Below are positions 1-8,677 of a stretch of 64,000 nucleotides of DNA, one piece after another. The stretch spans positions 1 through 64,000 of IMG/VR virus record IMGVR_UViG_3300028840_003749. One strand, written 5' to 3'. The position numbers were made by a program, and so were the translations under genes. The stretch's first letter is position 1. Each line of letters opens with the position of its first letter. The notes below the pieces were generated by a model, which made no database searches, was not told where the DNA came from, and saw only the letters and a list, made by a program, of their open reading frames with translations. The stretch comes from a virus.

Positions 1-131
1 CGGTAGGCCGGTAGGCCGGTAGGCCGGTAGGCCGGTAGGCCGGTAGGCCGGTAGGCCGGTAGGCCGGTAGGCCGGTAGGCCGGTAGGCCGGTAGGCCGGT
101 AGGCCGGTAGGCCGGTAGGCCGGTAGGCCGG
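1..131. repeat. Tandem octamer array (CGGTAGGC)x16 plus a partial copy, truncated by the window edge
   Basis: Read directly: 1-128 are 16 perfect head-to-tail copies of cggtaggc, then cgg. No spacers and no ORF. Confidence 0.95.
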
Positions 132-164
132 ACGTCCTTAAGAAGGCCTTCCTAAGCCTTACGT

Positions 165-228
165 CGGCCTTCCAACCTAACTCCGGTAGGCCGGACGTCG
201 GTCAGCCAAGACTTAGGTTGGAAGGCCG
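165..228. repeat. 16-bp perfect inverted repeat enclosing an extra copy of the terminal repeat unit
   Basis: cggccttccaacctaa (165-180) is the exact reverse complement of ttaggttggaaggccg (213-228). The 32-nt loop contains ccggtaggccggacgtcgg, which also occurs at the array boundary (121-137). Confidence 0.85.
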
Positions 229-356
229 GAGGCTTGGTTTGGTGAGCCTGCCTTATGTTGGTTCGCTCCACCTCCTAAGTTGAAACCGCCGAAGGCCAAA
301 AGCCAACCTTCTTAGGTTCGACCTTGGCTTCTTAGAATCACCTCCAACTTCCAACA

Positions 357-503
357 TTGATTCAACTCCGCACTTCTCTTGATTCAAGTCGTCGAAGTAT
401 TGATTCAAGTTGAATTGAAGTTGAAAACTTAGATTGGCTCTCTTGCAAGTCCAACTCGCTCTATTGTTTCTCGCTATTCCAAAGTTGAACCTTGGAAGTT
501 GAA
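357..503. repeat. Iteron-like direct repeats: TTGATTCAA x3 and (A)AGTTGAA x4-5
   Basis: TTGATTCAA at 357, 379 and 400 (21-22 bp spacing). GTTGAA at 409, 420, 484 and 498, and also at 279. Confidence 0.7.
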
Positions 504-554
504 TGTTGGAAACCGGCTTCGCTTCTTATTTCTCACTTCAGCGAAGGTTGAGAC

Positions 555-794
555 TTAAGATCGACGCTTGCTCCTCCTCTTCTTAAGTCTGCGATGGCGA
601 CTTACTTCTCGCCGGAGCGCTGCTCTTATAACGACGGCAACAGGCTCACCACGCTCCTCCGCCACCTGCGCCACCTCATCACACAAGAACTCTGGCACGT
701 AGTACGTTCGCCGCTTCATGGGTTCTCCGTAGTACGTAGGCCTCCCTCCTGTGTTTGCCGCCTGCTGCGTAGTCGCTGCTCCCCTGCTACTCAT
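555..794 (-). CDS. Ribbon-helix-helix (CopG/Arc-like) DNA-binding protein
   Basis: KRRTYYVPEFLCDEVAQVAEERGEPVAVVIRAALRREV fits the strand-helix-helix RHH pattern. The start overlaps the primase stop by 8 nt; an alternative start is M26 at 719. Confidence 0.6.
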   Translation of the reverse strand: MSSRGAATTQQAANTGGRPTYYGEPMKRRTYYVPEFLCDEVAQVAEERGEPVAVVIRAALRREVSRHRRLKKRRSKRRS

Positions 795-1821
795 CGGACA
801 CCTCCACGTGGAACAACCGCTCCAACGGACTCGAACTAAACTCCCTGGCCTCTTCTATGTACTCCCACACGGCAGGTCCAAGGCTGCACGGATCGTCCAA
901 CACCGGAAGGTACGCCACAGCCACCCTGCCAAACATCGGAGCCAGATTCATGGCCATCGCCTCACCAGCAGGAACAGCATCACCGTCCAGACACACTGTC
1001 ACTTTCTCCGGCCCCAGTACGCTGAGGAGCGACATCTGGCCTATAGATAGGTGCTTACCGCATAGAGCCACAGCCTCCCCCAAGCCTACCGTCAAGGCAT
1101 CAAACACGCCTTCCACCAGCACTACATGCCTGGACTGCCGATCCAGACACTCGTTCATACCCCACAAATAGTCCGTAGCTCTGAAACCTTCCGGAAACAT
1201 GTACTTCTGCTTACTCATGCCGGAGCAATCCCTGGCCAACCATCCTACCATGAGACCACCTGACATGACCGGTATGATGAGCCTGTTCCGCATCCTGCCT
1301 ATCGAGCACCAGCACCAGTCCAGCTGCTGAGCTGTGGTCAAGGACACATGCTTCTCCTCCAGCAGGTTCAACAGCTTATCCGGCAACTCAGCCCTGCGAG
1401 ATGCCGATATCCTTACCAAACCACTCGGCAAAGGACACTCGGACAATTTGGTTGCCGTCACCTTCCTCGGCTCTCTGCGAACCGGCCCACCTCGAGAGAA
1501 CTTCCTGACCAGCCTGAAGGCTCCGCCAAGGTCCACCTTCTCCACCTTCATGATGAAGCCCACCAAATTGTTGGAGGTCTCACACCTGAAACAGTGGAAG
1601 AGCTTCCGCTCCACATTCACGTACATGTGCTGGCCACTGTCAGAACAGAAGGGGCAATCGATCCTCAGCTCCTTGCCACCCGCCGCCTCTATCGGCCTCC
1701 TCCTTCTGAGATATCCTCTCAGGTCGAATCGGCGAATCAGGTTATCGACGCGTTCTGCCACCTCTCCCCCTCCTCTTCTTTCGTTTCGGCTTCTCCTCTT
1801 CCTCTTCCTCTCGCATGGCAA
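787..1821 (-). CDS. DNA primase (zinc finger + Toprim, DnaG-like)
   Basis: Zinc finger CPFCSDSGQHMYVNVERKLFHCFRC. Toprim motifs VLVEGVFDALTV and CLDGDAVPAG. The N-terminus overlaps the helicase ORF; a GTG start near 1761 is possible. Confidence 0.8.
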   Translation of the reverse strand: MPCERKRKRRSRNERRGGGEVAERVDNLIRRFDLRGYLRRRRPIEAAGGKELRIDCPFCSDSGQHMYVNVERKLFHCFRCETSNNLVGFIMKVEKVDLGGAFRLVRKFSRGGPVRREPRKVTATKLSECPLPSGLVRISASRRAELPDKLLNLLEEKHVSLTTAQQLDWCWCSIGRMRNRLIIPVMSGGLMVGWLARDCSGMSKQKYMFPEGFRATDYLWGMNECLDRQSRHVVLVEGVFDALTVGLGEAVALCGKHLSIGQMSLLSVLGPEKVTVCLDGDAVPAGEAMAMNLAPMFGRVAVAYLPVLDDPCSLGPAVWEYIEEAREFSSSPLERLFHVEVSDE

Positions 1822-3070
1822 ACTGCATCCTGCTGAAGTCCTGCTTGACGCTTACGCTCCACCCCTTCGGACCGAAGCTCCGATTCTTGGCGCAGAATAG
1901 CCTCATCTCACCGGCTGCCTCCTCCTCCGGCGTCTGGCACAGGCTCACCAGCACATCAGCTATCCCTGCCTTCTCAAAGCACTCAGCGATGTCGCCGACA
2001 TCCACCACCAGCCGGTTGAGGCTGTTCCTGTTACTCTGGCTCCCGGTCCATACCGGCACATTGTACTCACCGGCAATCCTCCGAAGTCCTCGGAAGGTAT
2101 CCGCCAACTCGTGCCTCACCATATCCCTCTGCGTGGCCGGTGCCAGCAGGTCTCCGTAATCCACCACCACGAAGTCCGGTATGTATCCAGATGCCACCAA
2201 CGATTGCATATGAGCATTCAGATCCCTGAACGTGACCGAACCTGACGGATAGCCACAAATCATCGCTCGACCGCCAAGGCTCTTCACCATCTCCACCATC
2301 TTCAAGAGACGCTTCGGAGCAGCCCTCAACTCGTCTCGCGTCATGCATGCTATCGACTGGTCCAGCCGCTCGCTAATCAGGTAATCTGCCATCTCCAGCG
2401 TGTAGAACACCACCTTCAACCGCTGGAGCAACGCTGCCTTCATCATGTGAACCATGCCCATCGTCTTGCCGCGTCCAGTCGGTCCGAAGATGACGCCAAG
2501 CTCGCCTCGACCCAAACCTCCAAGTCTGCTGTCCAGCTTCGGTATAAACGTCAGAACCCTGTTCTCCTCCGGCTCTGCCGCCTCACGGTCGGCCACGCGA
2601 TCCTCAACAGCTTCCACATACTCGTACCCCAGATCGGCCTCCAACCGTCCATCTCTAAACGCCTTAGTCACCACCTCCTCGGCCTCGCCAAATTGCTCGT
2701 CCGCCACCAATTCTCTGGCTTCTATGATGGCGTCAGCAACTCGCGATGTCTTGACAAACACCCCTATCCTGTCCAGCACGTACTGGACGTTCGTTACCGG
2801 CTCCATCTTCAGAAGCCGACCGACATACTGCTCGGCAGGACCGCTGTCCTCCTTGAGCTTCTTCTTCAACTCCTGAAGCAGTAAATCCCTCGGAGCCGAC
2901 CTGTACTTCAAGTGGTAATCTACAAGAGCCGCTGCCACATCCTGGCACAATTCTGAGCCAAAGCAGCCAGGAGCAACGCGGTCGCTAACCAGCCCCAGAA
3001 ACTCGTCGTTCGTGAGCATCAACTGAAGGACGCGATCCTGGAATGGCTGTCCGAAGTCGAATTTCCTCAT
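1742..3070 (-). CDS. dnaB: Replicative DNA helicase (DnaB-like, RecA fold)
   Basis: Walker A GPTGRGKTMGMVHM and Walker B-like DFVVVDYGDLL, with the typical two-domain length. Sits adjacent to the primase. Confidence 0.8.
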   Translation of the reverse strand: MRKFDFGQPFQDRVLQLMLTNDEFLGLVSDRVAPGCFGSELCQDVAAALVDYHLKYRSAPRDLLLQELKKKLKEDSGPAEQYVGRLLKMEPVTNVQYVLDRIGVFVKTSRVADAIIEARELVADEQFGEAEEVVTKAFRDGRLEADLGYEYVEAVEDRVADREAAEPEENRVLTFIPKLDSRLGGLGRGELGVIFGPTGRGKTMGMVHMMKAALLQRLKVVFYTLEMADYLISERLDQSIACMTRDELRAAPKRLLKMVEMVKSLGGRAMICGYPSGSVTFRDLNAHMQSLVASGYIPDFVVVDYGDLLAPATQRDMVRHELADTFRGLRRIAGEYNVPVWTGSQSNRNSLNRLVVDVGDIAECFEKAGIADVLVSLCQTPEEEAAGEMRLFCAKNRSFGPKGWSVSVKQDFSRMQFAMREEEEEEKPKRKKRRGRGGRTRR

Positions 3071-3083
3071 TCGATGCTATCCC

Positions 3084-3953
3084 TCAGACGAGTTGCTTAG
3101 CCGCTCTCTGGAACCTATTTGGACTGACCCACAGAACTTCCAGCCTTCTTTGCTCCTTCATACCTCCGGTGCCTTTCAGTCCAGTTGCTCGAGTCTTCCC
3201 TGCCGACGACGCATCCACCTCCTTCTCGTACCGAGTCCAACCTGCTTCGTCCAGCTTCCGGTAAATCGGATGGTCGTATCCGCTAACGACCGCCAACCCC
3301 TTCAGGTCCAGCAGCCGCCTAATCAACTCCTTGTGGTCCTTGTCCGTCATCTCGTTCTCGTAGACAGCTCCTGCTCTTCTGGTATCAAGGACGTACGGAG
3401 GGTCACAATAGAAGAGAGCCTCCTCCGAGTCGTAGTACTCCAGCACCTTTTTCCAGTCGAGACACTCGATCTGCACACTAAGAAGACGCTGGTGGAATTC
3501 CGGGAGCATATCGATGGCCGACAACCAGGATGCTGGCATGGTAGTCGTGCTCCTGACACCAAAGCCAAACGATGCTCCGAACCTGCCTCCGAAGCTCACT
3601 CGAGCGACGTAGAACCACTTCGCCACCCTCCTCACCAAACAGCGGTCGGTCCTCCACGAACGAAGGAACCGGAAGTACAAGGTGCGTGAGATAGGGAGCG
3701 AAGCACACCTGCTGCGAAACTCCTCGAAGAGAACAGGACTGCTAACGACCGTGAAGAAGTCGGCCAGCCCCTTGTCTACGTCGTTGTACACCTCCAGAGG
3801 TACCGGCTTCCGCGCCAACAGGACGTTCGCGCCTCCGCCGAACACCTCAACGTACACCTTGCACGGAGGCATTTTGCTGGCCACCCACTCTGCGATGTGG
3901 CCTTTGCCGCCTATCCATCGCAGTACGCTTCCGAGCTTCCTACGCCTTCCCAC
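3084..3953 (-). CDS. dam: N6-adenine DNA methyltransferase (Dam / D12 class)
   Basis: N-terminal LRWIGGKGHIA (SAM-binding xWxGGK) and the catalytic FYCDPPY (DPPY) motif. Confidence 0.85.
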   Translation of the reverse strand: MGRRRKLGSVLRWIGGKGHIAEWVASKMPPCKVYVEVFGGGANVLLARKPVPLEVYNDVDKGLADFFTVVSSPVLFEEFRSRCASLPISRTLYFRFLRSWRTDRCLVRRVAKWFYVARVSFGGRFGASFGFGVRSTTTMPASWLSAIDMLPEFHQRLLSVQIECLDWKKVLEYYDSEEALFYCDPPYVLDTRRAGAVYENEMTDKDHKELIRRLLDLKGLAVVSGYDHPIYRKLDEAGWTRYEKEVDASSAGKTRATGLKGTGGMKEQRRLEVLWVSPNRFQRAAKQLV

Positions 3954-4485
3954 TGTTCAGTGCCTCCGCCTGACGCCTGAGTATCTCGTCCGCTACATCC
4001 TCCGATTTTCTCTTCGGCAACTTGAACACGTTGATGCCAAAAGCCCCTGCCAGCGCCAACCTGTCTGCCTGCCGCAACTTCAGGATGTCCTCCTTCGTGT
4101 ATGGCACATCAGCCAGCAACCGCCTTCGCCTCTTCGCCTTTGGTACAAACGTCATATAGCAGGCCCGCTGCTGATCCTCCGAGCACATCCTGCAATCGGT
4201 ATCCTCTTCAGCAGCACAAGTATCCTCCGGACGAAGGAGACGAATGGCAGGGAGTATCTCATCGATGGATGCGTCCGACATTGGCGGAGGCGGTGGCTCC
4301 ATCACGTAGTACACCTTCGGAGGCTCCTTCGCCGTCAGGTCCACCATCCCCTCATCCAGGACCACCTCTCGGATGACCTGTATCTCCTGGCGGATTTTCG
4401 ATAGCTCAGCCGACAGGCCGACTACCTGACCAATCGAAATCCTCTTCACTCTCCTCCCCTTCCGGCTCTCCGGACATCGAACCAC
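3940..4485 (-). CDS. Hypothetical protein
   Basis: Long minus-strand ORF in the operon. The 5' 80 nt overlap the upstream ORF, so the true start is uncertain (M47 at 4347 is possible). Confidence 0.5.
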   Translation of the reverse strand: MVRCPESRKGRRVKRISIGQVVGLSAELSKIRQEIQVIREVVLDEGMVDLTAKEPPKVYYVMEPPPPPMSDASIDEILPAIRLLRPEDTCAAEEDTDCRMCSEDQQRACYMTFVPKAKRRRRLLADVPYTKEDILKLRQADRLALAGAFGINVFKLPKRKSEDVADEILRRQAEALNSGKA

Positions 4486-4624
4486 ATGCCGGACACTCCA
4501 TGTTCGTGATGTTTCCGTCCAATGGTATCACCGCTGCCCACCTGTATCCGCACACCCGACAGACAGCCATTGTCGCCAACCACGCCGTGAACGCCATCCT
4601 ATTGCCTCCTATAAATAACGTCAA
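4406..4624 (-). CDS. Small zinc-ribbon protein
   Basis: CRVCGYRW ... CPACG pair of CxxC knuckles, followed by an acidic tail. Confidence 0.55.
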   Translation of the reverse strand: MTLFIGGNRMAFTAWLATMAVCRVCGYRWAAVIPLDGNITNMECPACGSMSGEPEGEESEEDFDWSGSRPVG

Positions 4625-4632
4625 GCAAAATC

Positions 4633-5130
4633 CTATTCCTCTGGCAAGTCCAGCATCTTGCAGATGGCATCCACATACTCCTTCGGCCAGACATCCCGAA
4701 TGCGTTTTCTGTAGGATTGGTCAATGTCGACCACGACCTCGTCGTCCTGGACCGGCGGAGGCTCCGACATCGTCCGCTTGACGAACGCGTCGAGAAGGAT
4801 ATCGGATTTGAGTTGAGCAGGAAAAGGGAAAGGACGGTGGTTGTAGGATTGAGACCATCGAAATGCGAACGCGACGAACTGCTTCCAAAACCGGCTGCTC
4901 TTCGTCACAGAGATCCCATGCTTGTGCATGGCGATGATCGCTGAGCAGAGCATCTGGAAGTTAGGCTCAGAGAAGATGTGCTGGCCTCTGTTGACGAACA
5001 CCCTGTACGATCCTCTGGTGACAGACCTCCGCTTTATCTCATAGTAGCATCCGAGCTTGAAGGCCTCCAGGTAGTACGACGGCTTGTCCTCAAAGTCCTC
5101 TTCGGAGAGTCCGTGCCTCTTCATCGCCAA
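4633..5130 (-). CDS. Hypothetical protein
   Basis: 165-aa ORF, protein-like composition, packed in the operon. Confidence 0.6.
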   Translation of the reverse strand: MAMKRHGLSEEDFEDKPSYYLEAFKLGCYYEIKRRSVTRGSYRVFVNRGQHIFSEPNFQMLCSAIIAMHKHGISVTKSSRFWKQFVAFAFRWSQSYNHRPFPFPAQLKSDILLDAFVKRTMSEPPPVQDDEVVVDIDQSYRKRIRDVWPKEYVDAICKMLDLPEE

Positions 5131-5665
5131 TTTCCCAGAACACTCTCAATCGGTCCACCGCGCGTTTGATTCGCTGCCAAATTGCCGACTCCTGAACTCC
5201 CTCCTCTTCGGCAATCTCCTTCATCATCAGGCCGTCTTGATAGTACCGCCGAACAGCATAGAACTGACTGCTGTTGTCCAACAATCTTTCTACCTTCCCC
5301 CAGAACTCTTTCTGCTCCAGGCGTGTACTTACTGGTGGAGAACCATCCTCCGGAGCATCGTCTACTCTGAAGGTATGAAACGGTATGCCTGTCCTCTCTG
5401 CCTCCCTCATCTTGTTCCGCTGGAACCTGAGACGGAACACGTCTCTCATCGCTCCGATGACTCTCGTTCGAGCGAACGATTCAAACGATACCCCTCTCTC
5501 CTCATCATACCGCTCAACGCAATGCCAGAGCGCCTCAGCACACCGGCTCTCGACCTCGTTGATGTCCAGAGAGGCGGGGTAGCGGTGACGAGCTATGGCC
5601 TTGGCCTTTTCCACCAAATGGTAGTGTTGCCGAATGGTCCGATCAATACTCGTCTTCGTCGGCAT
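5090..5665 (-). CDS. RNA polymerase sigma factor (sigma-70 family, regions 2 and 4)
   Basis: Region 2-like EALWHCVERYDEERGVSFESFARTRVIGAMRD. Region 4 HTH YYQDGLMMKEIAEEEGVQESAIWQRIKRAVDRL. Start trimmed to ATG M42 (cat at 5663-5665). Confidence 0.8.
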   Translation of the reverse strand: MPTKTSIDRTIRQHYHLVEKAKAIARHRYPASLDINEVESRCAEALWHCVERYDEERGVSFESFARTRVIGAMRDVFRLRFQRNKMREAERTGIPFHTFRVDDAPEDGSPPVSTRLEQKEFWGKVERLLDNSSQFYAVRRYYQDGLMMKEIAEEEGVQESAIWQRIKRAVDRLRVFWEIGDEEARTLRRGL

Positions 5666-5951
5666 CCTCTGCCCACTCCTCAAGCTCGGACTCCACGAAT
5701 TCGATAATGACCTCCAGAGGCGTGTTGTACAGAACGAAGATGTCTTTGGCCTCGACCAATTCACCGTTCTCGTCGTACTCCCCCTCAACCTCTTCCTCTT
5801 CCGGATCTTCGATGTACAAGAAGTGTTCGTACCCGTGATCGTCGCACCAAACGGAGATTTTGATTAAAGCCTCCTTGATGCTTGCCGGAATGCCGTCGAA
5901 CTCGAATGGAACCTGAGTTTCCCCGTCCATTCTTTCTTCTCCTCGCGCCAT
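5643..5951 (-). CDS. Small highly acidic protein
   Basis: 102 aa, about one third D/E (EDPEEEEVEGEYDENGE, EEWAEDADEDEY). Overlaps the sigma factor start. Confidence 0.6.
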   Translation of the reverse strand: MARGEERMDGETQVPFEFDGIPASIKEALIKISVWCDDHGYEHFLYIEDPEEEEVEGEYDENGELVEAKDIFVLYNTPLEVIIEFVESELEEWAEDADEDEY

Positions 5952-5996
5952 CCTAATATCAACCTAACAGCAGCGAATAACGGCGCTACATCCTAT

Positions 5997-6047
5997 CGGT
6001 ATTGTCCGTAGGACAATTACCGTTACCAGAGCGCGCACATGTGCGCG
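5997..6047 (-). promoter_or_regulatory. Two adjacent dyad symmetries in the helicase-to-acidic-protein intergenic gap
   Basis: Imperfect hairpin cggtattgtcc-gta-ggacaattaccg (5997-6022), then the perfect 16-bp palindrome CGCGCACATGTGCGCG (6032-6047). Confidence 0.4.
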
Positions 6048-6085
6048 TAGCCAGAGGACCGTACTCCGCGAACGAATGGTTCATG

Positions 6086-7471
6086 TCAGGCCTCCTGAAA
6101 CTTCTCAACCCGCCAACCTTCCTTCGCATAGACGGCCTTTCGAGCCATACAATGCCGGACCATCCAGCGATGCCCGGCGTCTTCGAAGTCAAGGACGATG
6201 ACCTCGTCCTTGGTCTGCGTTTTCCTCATCCCCCTGCCGATACGCTGTAGCGTCTGCCGTTTCGATTTGCCTCCAGCGGCGAGCACGATGGAACCGACGG
6301 ATGGCACGTCCACCCCCTCATCGAATATCGCCGTGGCGACAACCACGTTCAGGTTCTCGTCTCTCAGTGCATCAGTCACCTCGCGTCTGGTTGTCGAGTT
6401 ATCTCTGCCTTGGACGAACTTCGCCCTCATTCCTTTCTGCTCGAACAGGTACCTCAGCGTTTCGCCGTGCACGATTTCCTTTACCAGCACCAAGGCCGTC
6501 CGGTTCTGAGCTGTCACGACGGACACGGTCGCGTCCACGATGGCCTTGTTCCGCACGTCGTTCCAGACGATGGCCTCCCCGTATACCTCCTGCCACGAGT
6601 AGCCTTGGAGCATGGTGACAGGATAGTCGACCATCTTCACGACTGGAGCTGCCAAATACCCCTTCTCGATTAGCTCCTTCGACTGCACTTCGTAGAAGAT
6701 GTCGCCAGTCATGGCCTGGAGCATCTTACCTTTGCCGCTTAGCTCCGGAGTCCCTGATGTTCCGAATCTGTACGGCGCGGTGATTCTGGAGAAGACGTCA
6801 TACCACGTATAGGATGAGAGGTGGTGCAGCTCGTCCCCGAAGACCACTGGAAAGGCTCGGAAGATGTCGTCGGAGCCGTTACGATTTGCATATAGACTCT
6901 GGACCATTGCGACCGTGATGTTGTTCGGCTCGCACCTTCCATCTCCAATTACCCCTACCTCTTGATCCAGCCGTTGCTCAAACCGCTCCTTCGTTTGCCA
7001 CATCAGGTCTTTAACGTGGACGATAAACAGAGCCGGAAGCCCGATACAACGGATGATGCCAGCAGCTATCTCCGTCTTGCCTCCACCAGTCGGCACCTTG
7101 ATGATGCCGCGCTTCACCTTCAACGCCCGCTTGATGGCCTTCATCTGGTAAGGCCTGAGCGTGATTCCGGAAAGAAGGTCATCCGTCACCTTTCGGTATC
7201 CGACGACAGGGATTCTTCTCATGTCGGAGACCTCGTACGGCCACTCCAAATCATCGAGCACTTCCAGGACAATTGGTATCAGGCCGGTCGGCACCTTGCT
7301 CCGAGAACGGAGCATTCGCATCAATCGCTTCCGTCCATCCCAGATGCCTCGCTTGTACATCTTGGAGAAGAACGCTCCATCGACCTGGAAGCTCGTAGCC
7401 TGGACGATCTCCTGTCTCGGAAAGTCGCCCTCCAGGTAGGACCACACGTTTTCAATCGTGATTGTCAGCAT
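6086..7471 (-). CDS. Superfamily-2 DEAD/DEAH-box helicase
   Basis: Motif I VPTGGGKTEIAAG, motif II FGDELHHL, motif III TSGTP, motif VI QRIGRGMR. Confidence 0.85.
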   Translation of the reverse strand: MLTITIENVWSYLEGDFPRQEIVQATSFQVDGAFFSKMYKRGIWDGRKRLMRMLRSRSKVPTGLIPIVLEVLDDLEWPYEVSDMRRIPVVGYRKVTDDLLSGITLRPYQMKAIKRALKVKRGIIKVPTGGGKTEIAAGIIRCIGLPALFIVHVKDLMWQTKERFEQRLDQEVGVIGDGRCEPNNITVAMVQSLYANRNGSDDIFRAFPVVFGDELHHLSSYTWYDVFSRITAPYRFGTSGTPELSGKGKMLQAMTGDIFYEVQSKELIEKGYLAAPVVKMVDYPVTMLQGYSWQEVYGEAIVWNDVRNKAIVDATVSVVTAQNRTALVLVKEIVHGETLRYLFEQKGMRAKFVQGRDNSTTRREVTDALRDENLNVVVATAIFDEGVDVPSVGSIVLAAGGKSKRQTLQRIGRGMRKTQTKDEVIVLDFEDAGHRWMVRHCMARKAVYAKEGWRVEKFQEA

Positions 7472-8292
7472 TACCGGTCCTCGCCGTCCTCAATGTTGGC
7501 CGGATTTACCGCCGGGTTCGCCGCAGGTGCCTCCAATTCAGCAGAATTGGCCGATGCTACCTCCTCAGCCAGGAGAGGCCTGATACCGGCCAGTTTCAGA
7601 AGGTCAGGAAACTGGTCCTCAGGGAGAGAAAGGACTTTGTGCAATTGCAGGCTGAGCTTTACAGGAAGGCCGGATGTGATGACCTCTCCAACAAGCCACT
7701 CGAGCACCTTCTTGCGAACGCTCCACTCCGGACTAACGTAGATGCCCGCAAAGAACTCTTCCGGCGCTCTTGTGCGAATCCACTCCTTCGCAAAGAGCCA
7801 GTCATCGACGTCGGCAATGACAAACTTCAGAGAGTCGATGCGGTCGAAATCGAGATCGATGACATCGGACACCTCGCCGGATGAGGGAGTTTTCACGTCC
7901 ATGCATATATCAGGATACTGGTCGTTGATGCAGTCAGGAATGCAGGAGGTATACGGGGAGGCCGTTGTCTGGCTCGTCTCGACCTCAAGCCTCTTCGACG
8001 GGATCCGCTCCATCAGATCAGCCACAGCTTCCGCTTGCAGCAGCGGCTCTCCTCCGGTAACGAGCAACAGCCCCTGCCGCATCCGATTGATGACATCGGC
8101 GACATCCTTGGTGGAGAACATCCGGCCTGCGACAACGTTCTGGGCTTCCTTCGTATCGCACCATCTACACCTGCGGTCGCATCCAGCCAATCGCAAAATG
8201 ATGCACGGCTCTCCAGCCGTATTTCCTTCCCCGCTAATCGACGTATACATCTTGAACACATTTAGTACGGCCATGTCAGGCTCCTTCCGCAA
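7471..8292 (-). CDS. queE: QueE-like radical SAM enzyme (7-carboxy-7-deazaguanine synthase family)
   Basis: N-terminal SISGEGNTAGEPCIILRLAGCDRRCRWCDTKEA matches the QueE signature (S/I-QGEG..G.P..F.R..GC..C.WCDT). Carries a C-terminal extension. Confidence 0.65.
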   Translation of the reverse strand: MRKEPDMAVLNVFKMYTSISGEGNTAGEPCIILRLAGCDRRCRWCDTKEAQNVVAGRMFSTKDVADVINRMRQGLLLVTGGEPLLQAEAVADLMERIPSKRLEVETSQTTASPYTSCIPDCINDQYPDICMDVKTPSSGEVSDVIDLDFDRIDSLKFVIADVDDWLFAKEWIRTRAPEEFFAGIYVSPEWSVRKKVLEWLVGEVITSGLPVKLSLQLHKVLSLPEDQFPDLLKLAGIRPLLAEEVASANSAELEAPAANPAVNPANIEDGEDR

Positions 8293-8353
8293 AGGACCAT
8301 TCGCCTTCCTGCCGTACTATCGCCGTCTGTCGTTAGCTTTTCCACTGGAGCAA

Positions 8354-8386
8354 GGAGTGCTGGCACATACTGAGCGCCAGCACTCC
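8354..8386 (-). terminator. Strong GC-rich stem-loop after the lysis-like genes
   Basis: ggagtgctggc (8354-8364) pairs perfectly with gccagcactcc (8376-8386), with an 11-nt loop. No clear U-tract follows. Confidence 0.4.
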
Positions 8387-8395
8387 CCGTCCGCA

Positions 8396-8677
8396 CTACT
8401 GGTGGCTCTCCTCGTACCGCTCACGTAGCTCTTTCAGCGTCTCCTCAGTGAGTTGCTCTTCTGCGTCCTGGTACAGGAGAACCATTACTCGGTCTGTCAG
8501 GAGATAGCCAGGAAACGGAGCAGCGTCCCCCTTCTCCAGGTAGTCAATCTCCATCCGAGTTGAGATTGGCTCAGGTCCGCGACATCCGACGACGCTTAAG
8601 GTCCCGCAACATATCAGCAAGACCATCAAGGTCGCGGTCAGCAACCTTCTCCGCGAACTCATCGACGTTCTCCACAT
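8396..8677 (-). CDS. Predicted lipoprotein (o-spanin-like candidate)
   Basis: Signal peptide RRRLLTATLMVLLICCGTLSVVGC with a lipobox. The ORF overlaps the upstream membrane-protein ORF in another frame. Confidence 0.5.
   Translation of the reverse strand: MWRTSMSSRRRLLTATLMVLLICCGTLSVVGCRGPEPISTRMEIDYLEKGDAAPFPGYLLTDRVMVLLYQDAEEQLTEETLKELRERYEESHQ

Larger units (their letters stand above)
132..554. other. Non-coding genome-end region downstream of the last gene (candidate ori / pac / end-processing region)
   Basis: No ORF >=60 aa. Short palindromes: GACGTC at 131 and 194, CTTAAG at 137, AAGGCCTT at 143. Inverted and direct repeats are present, with a visible excess of homodinucleotide steps. 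Confidence 0.6.

Noticed and set aside
1-131. Octamer array as a CRISPR array.
   Set aside because: The 8-bp units are directly abutting with no spacers, and no cas genes are present.
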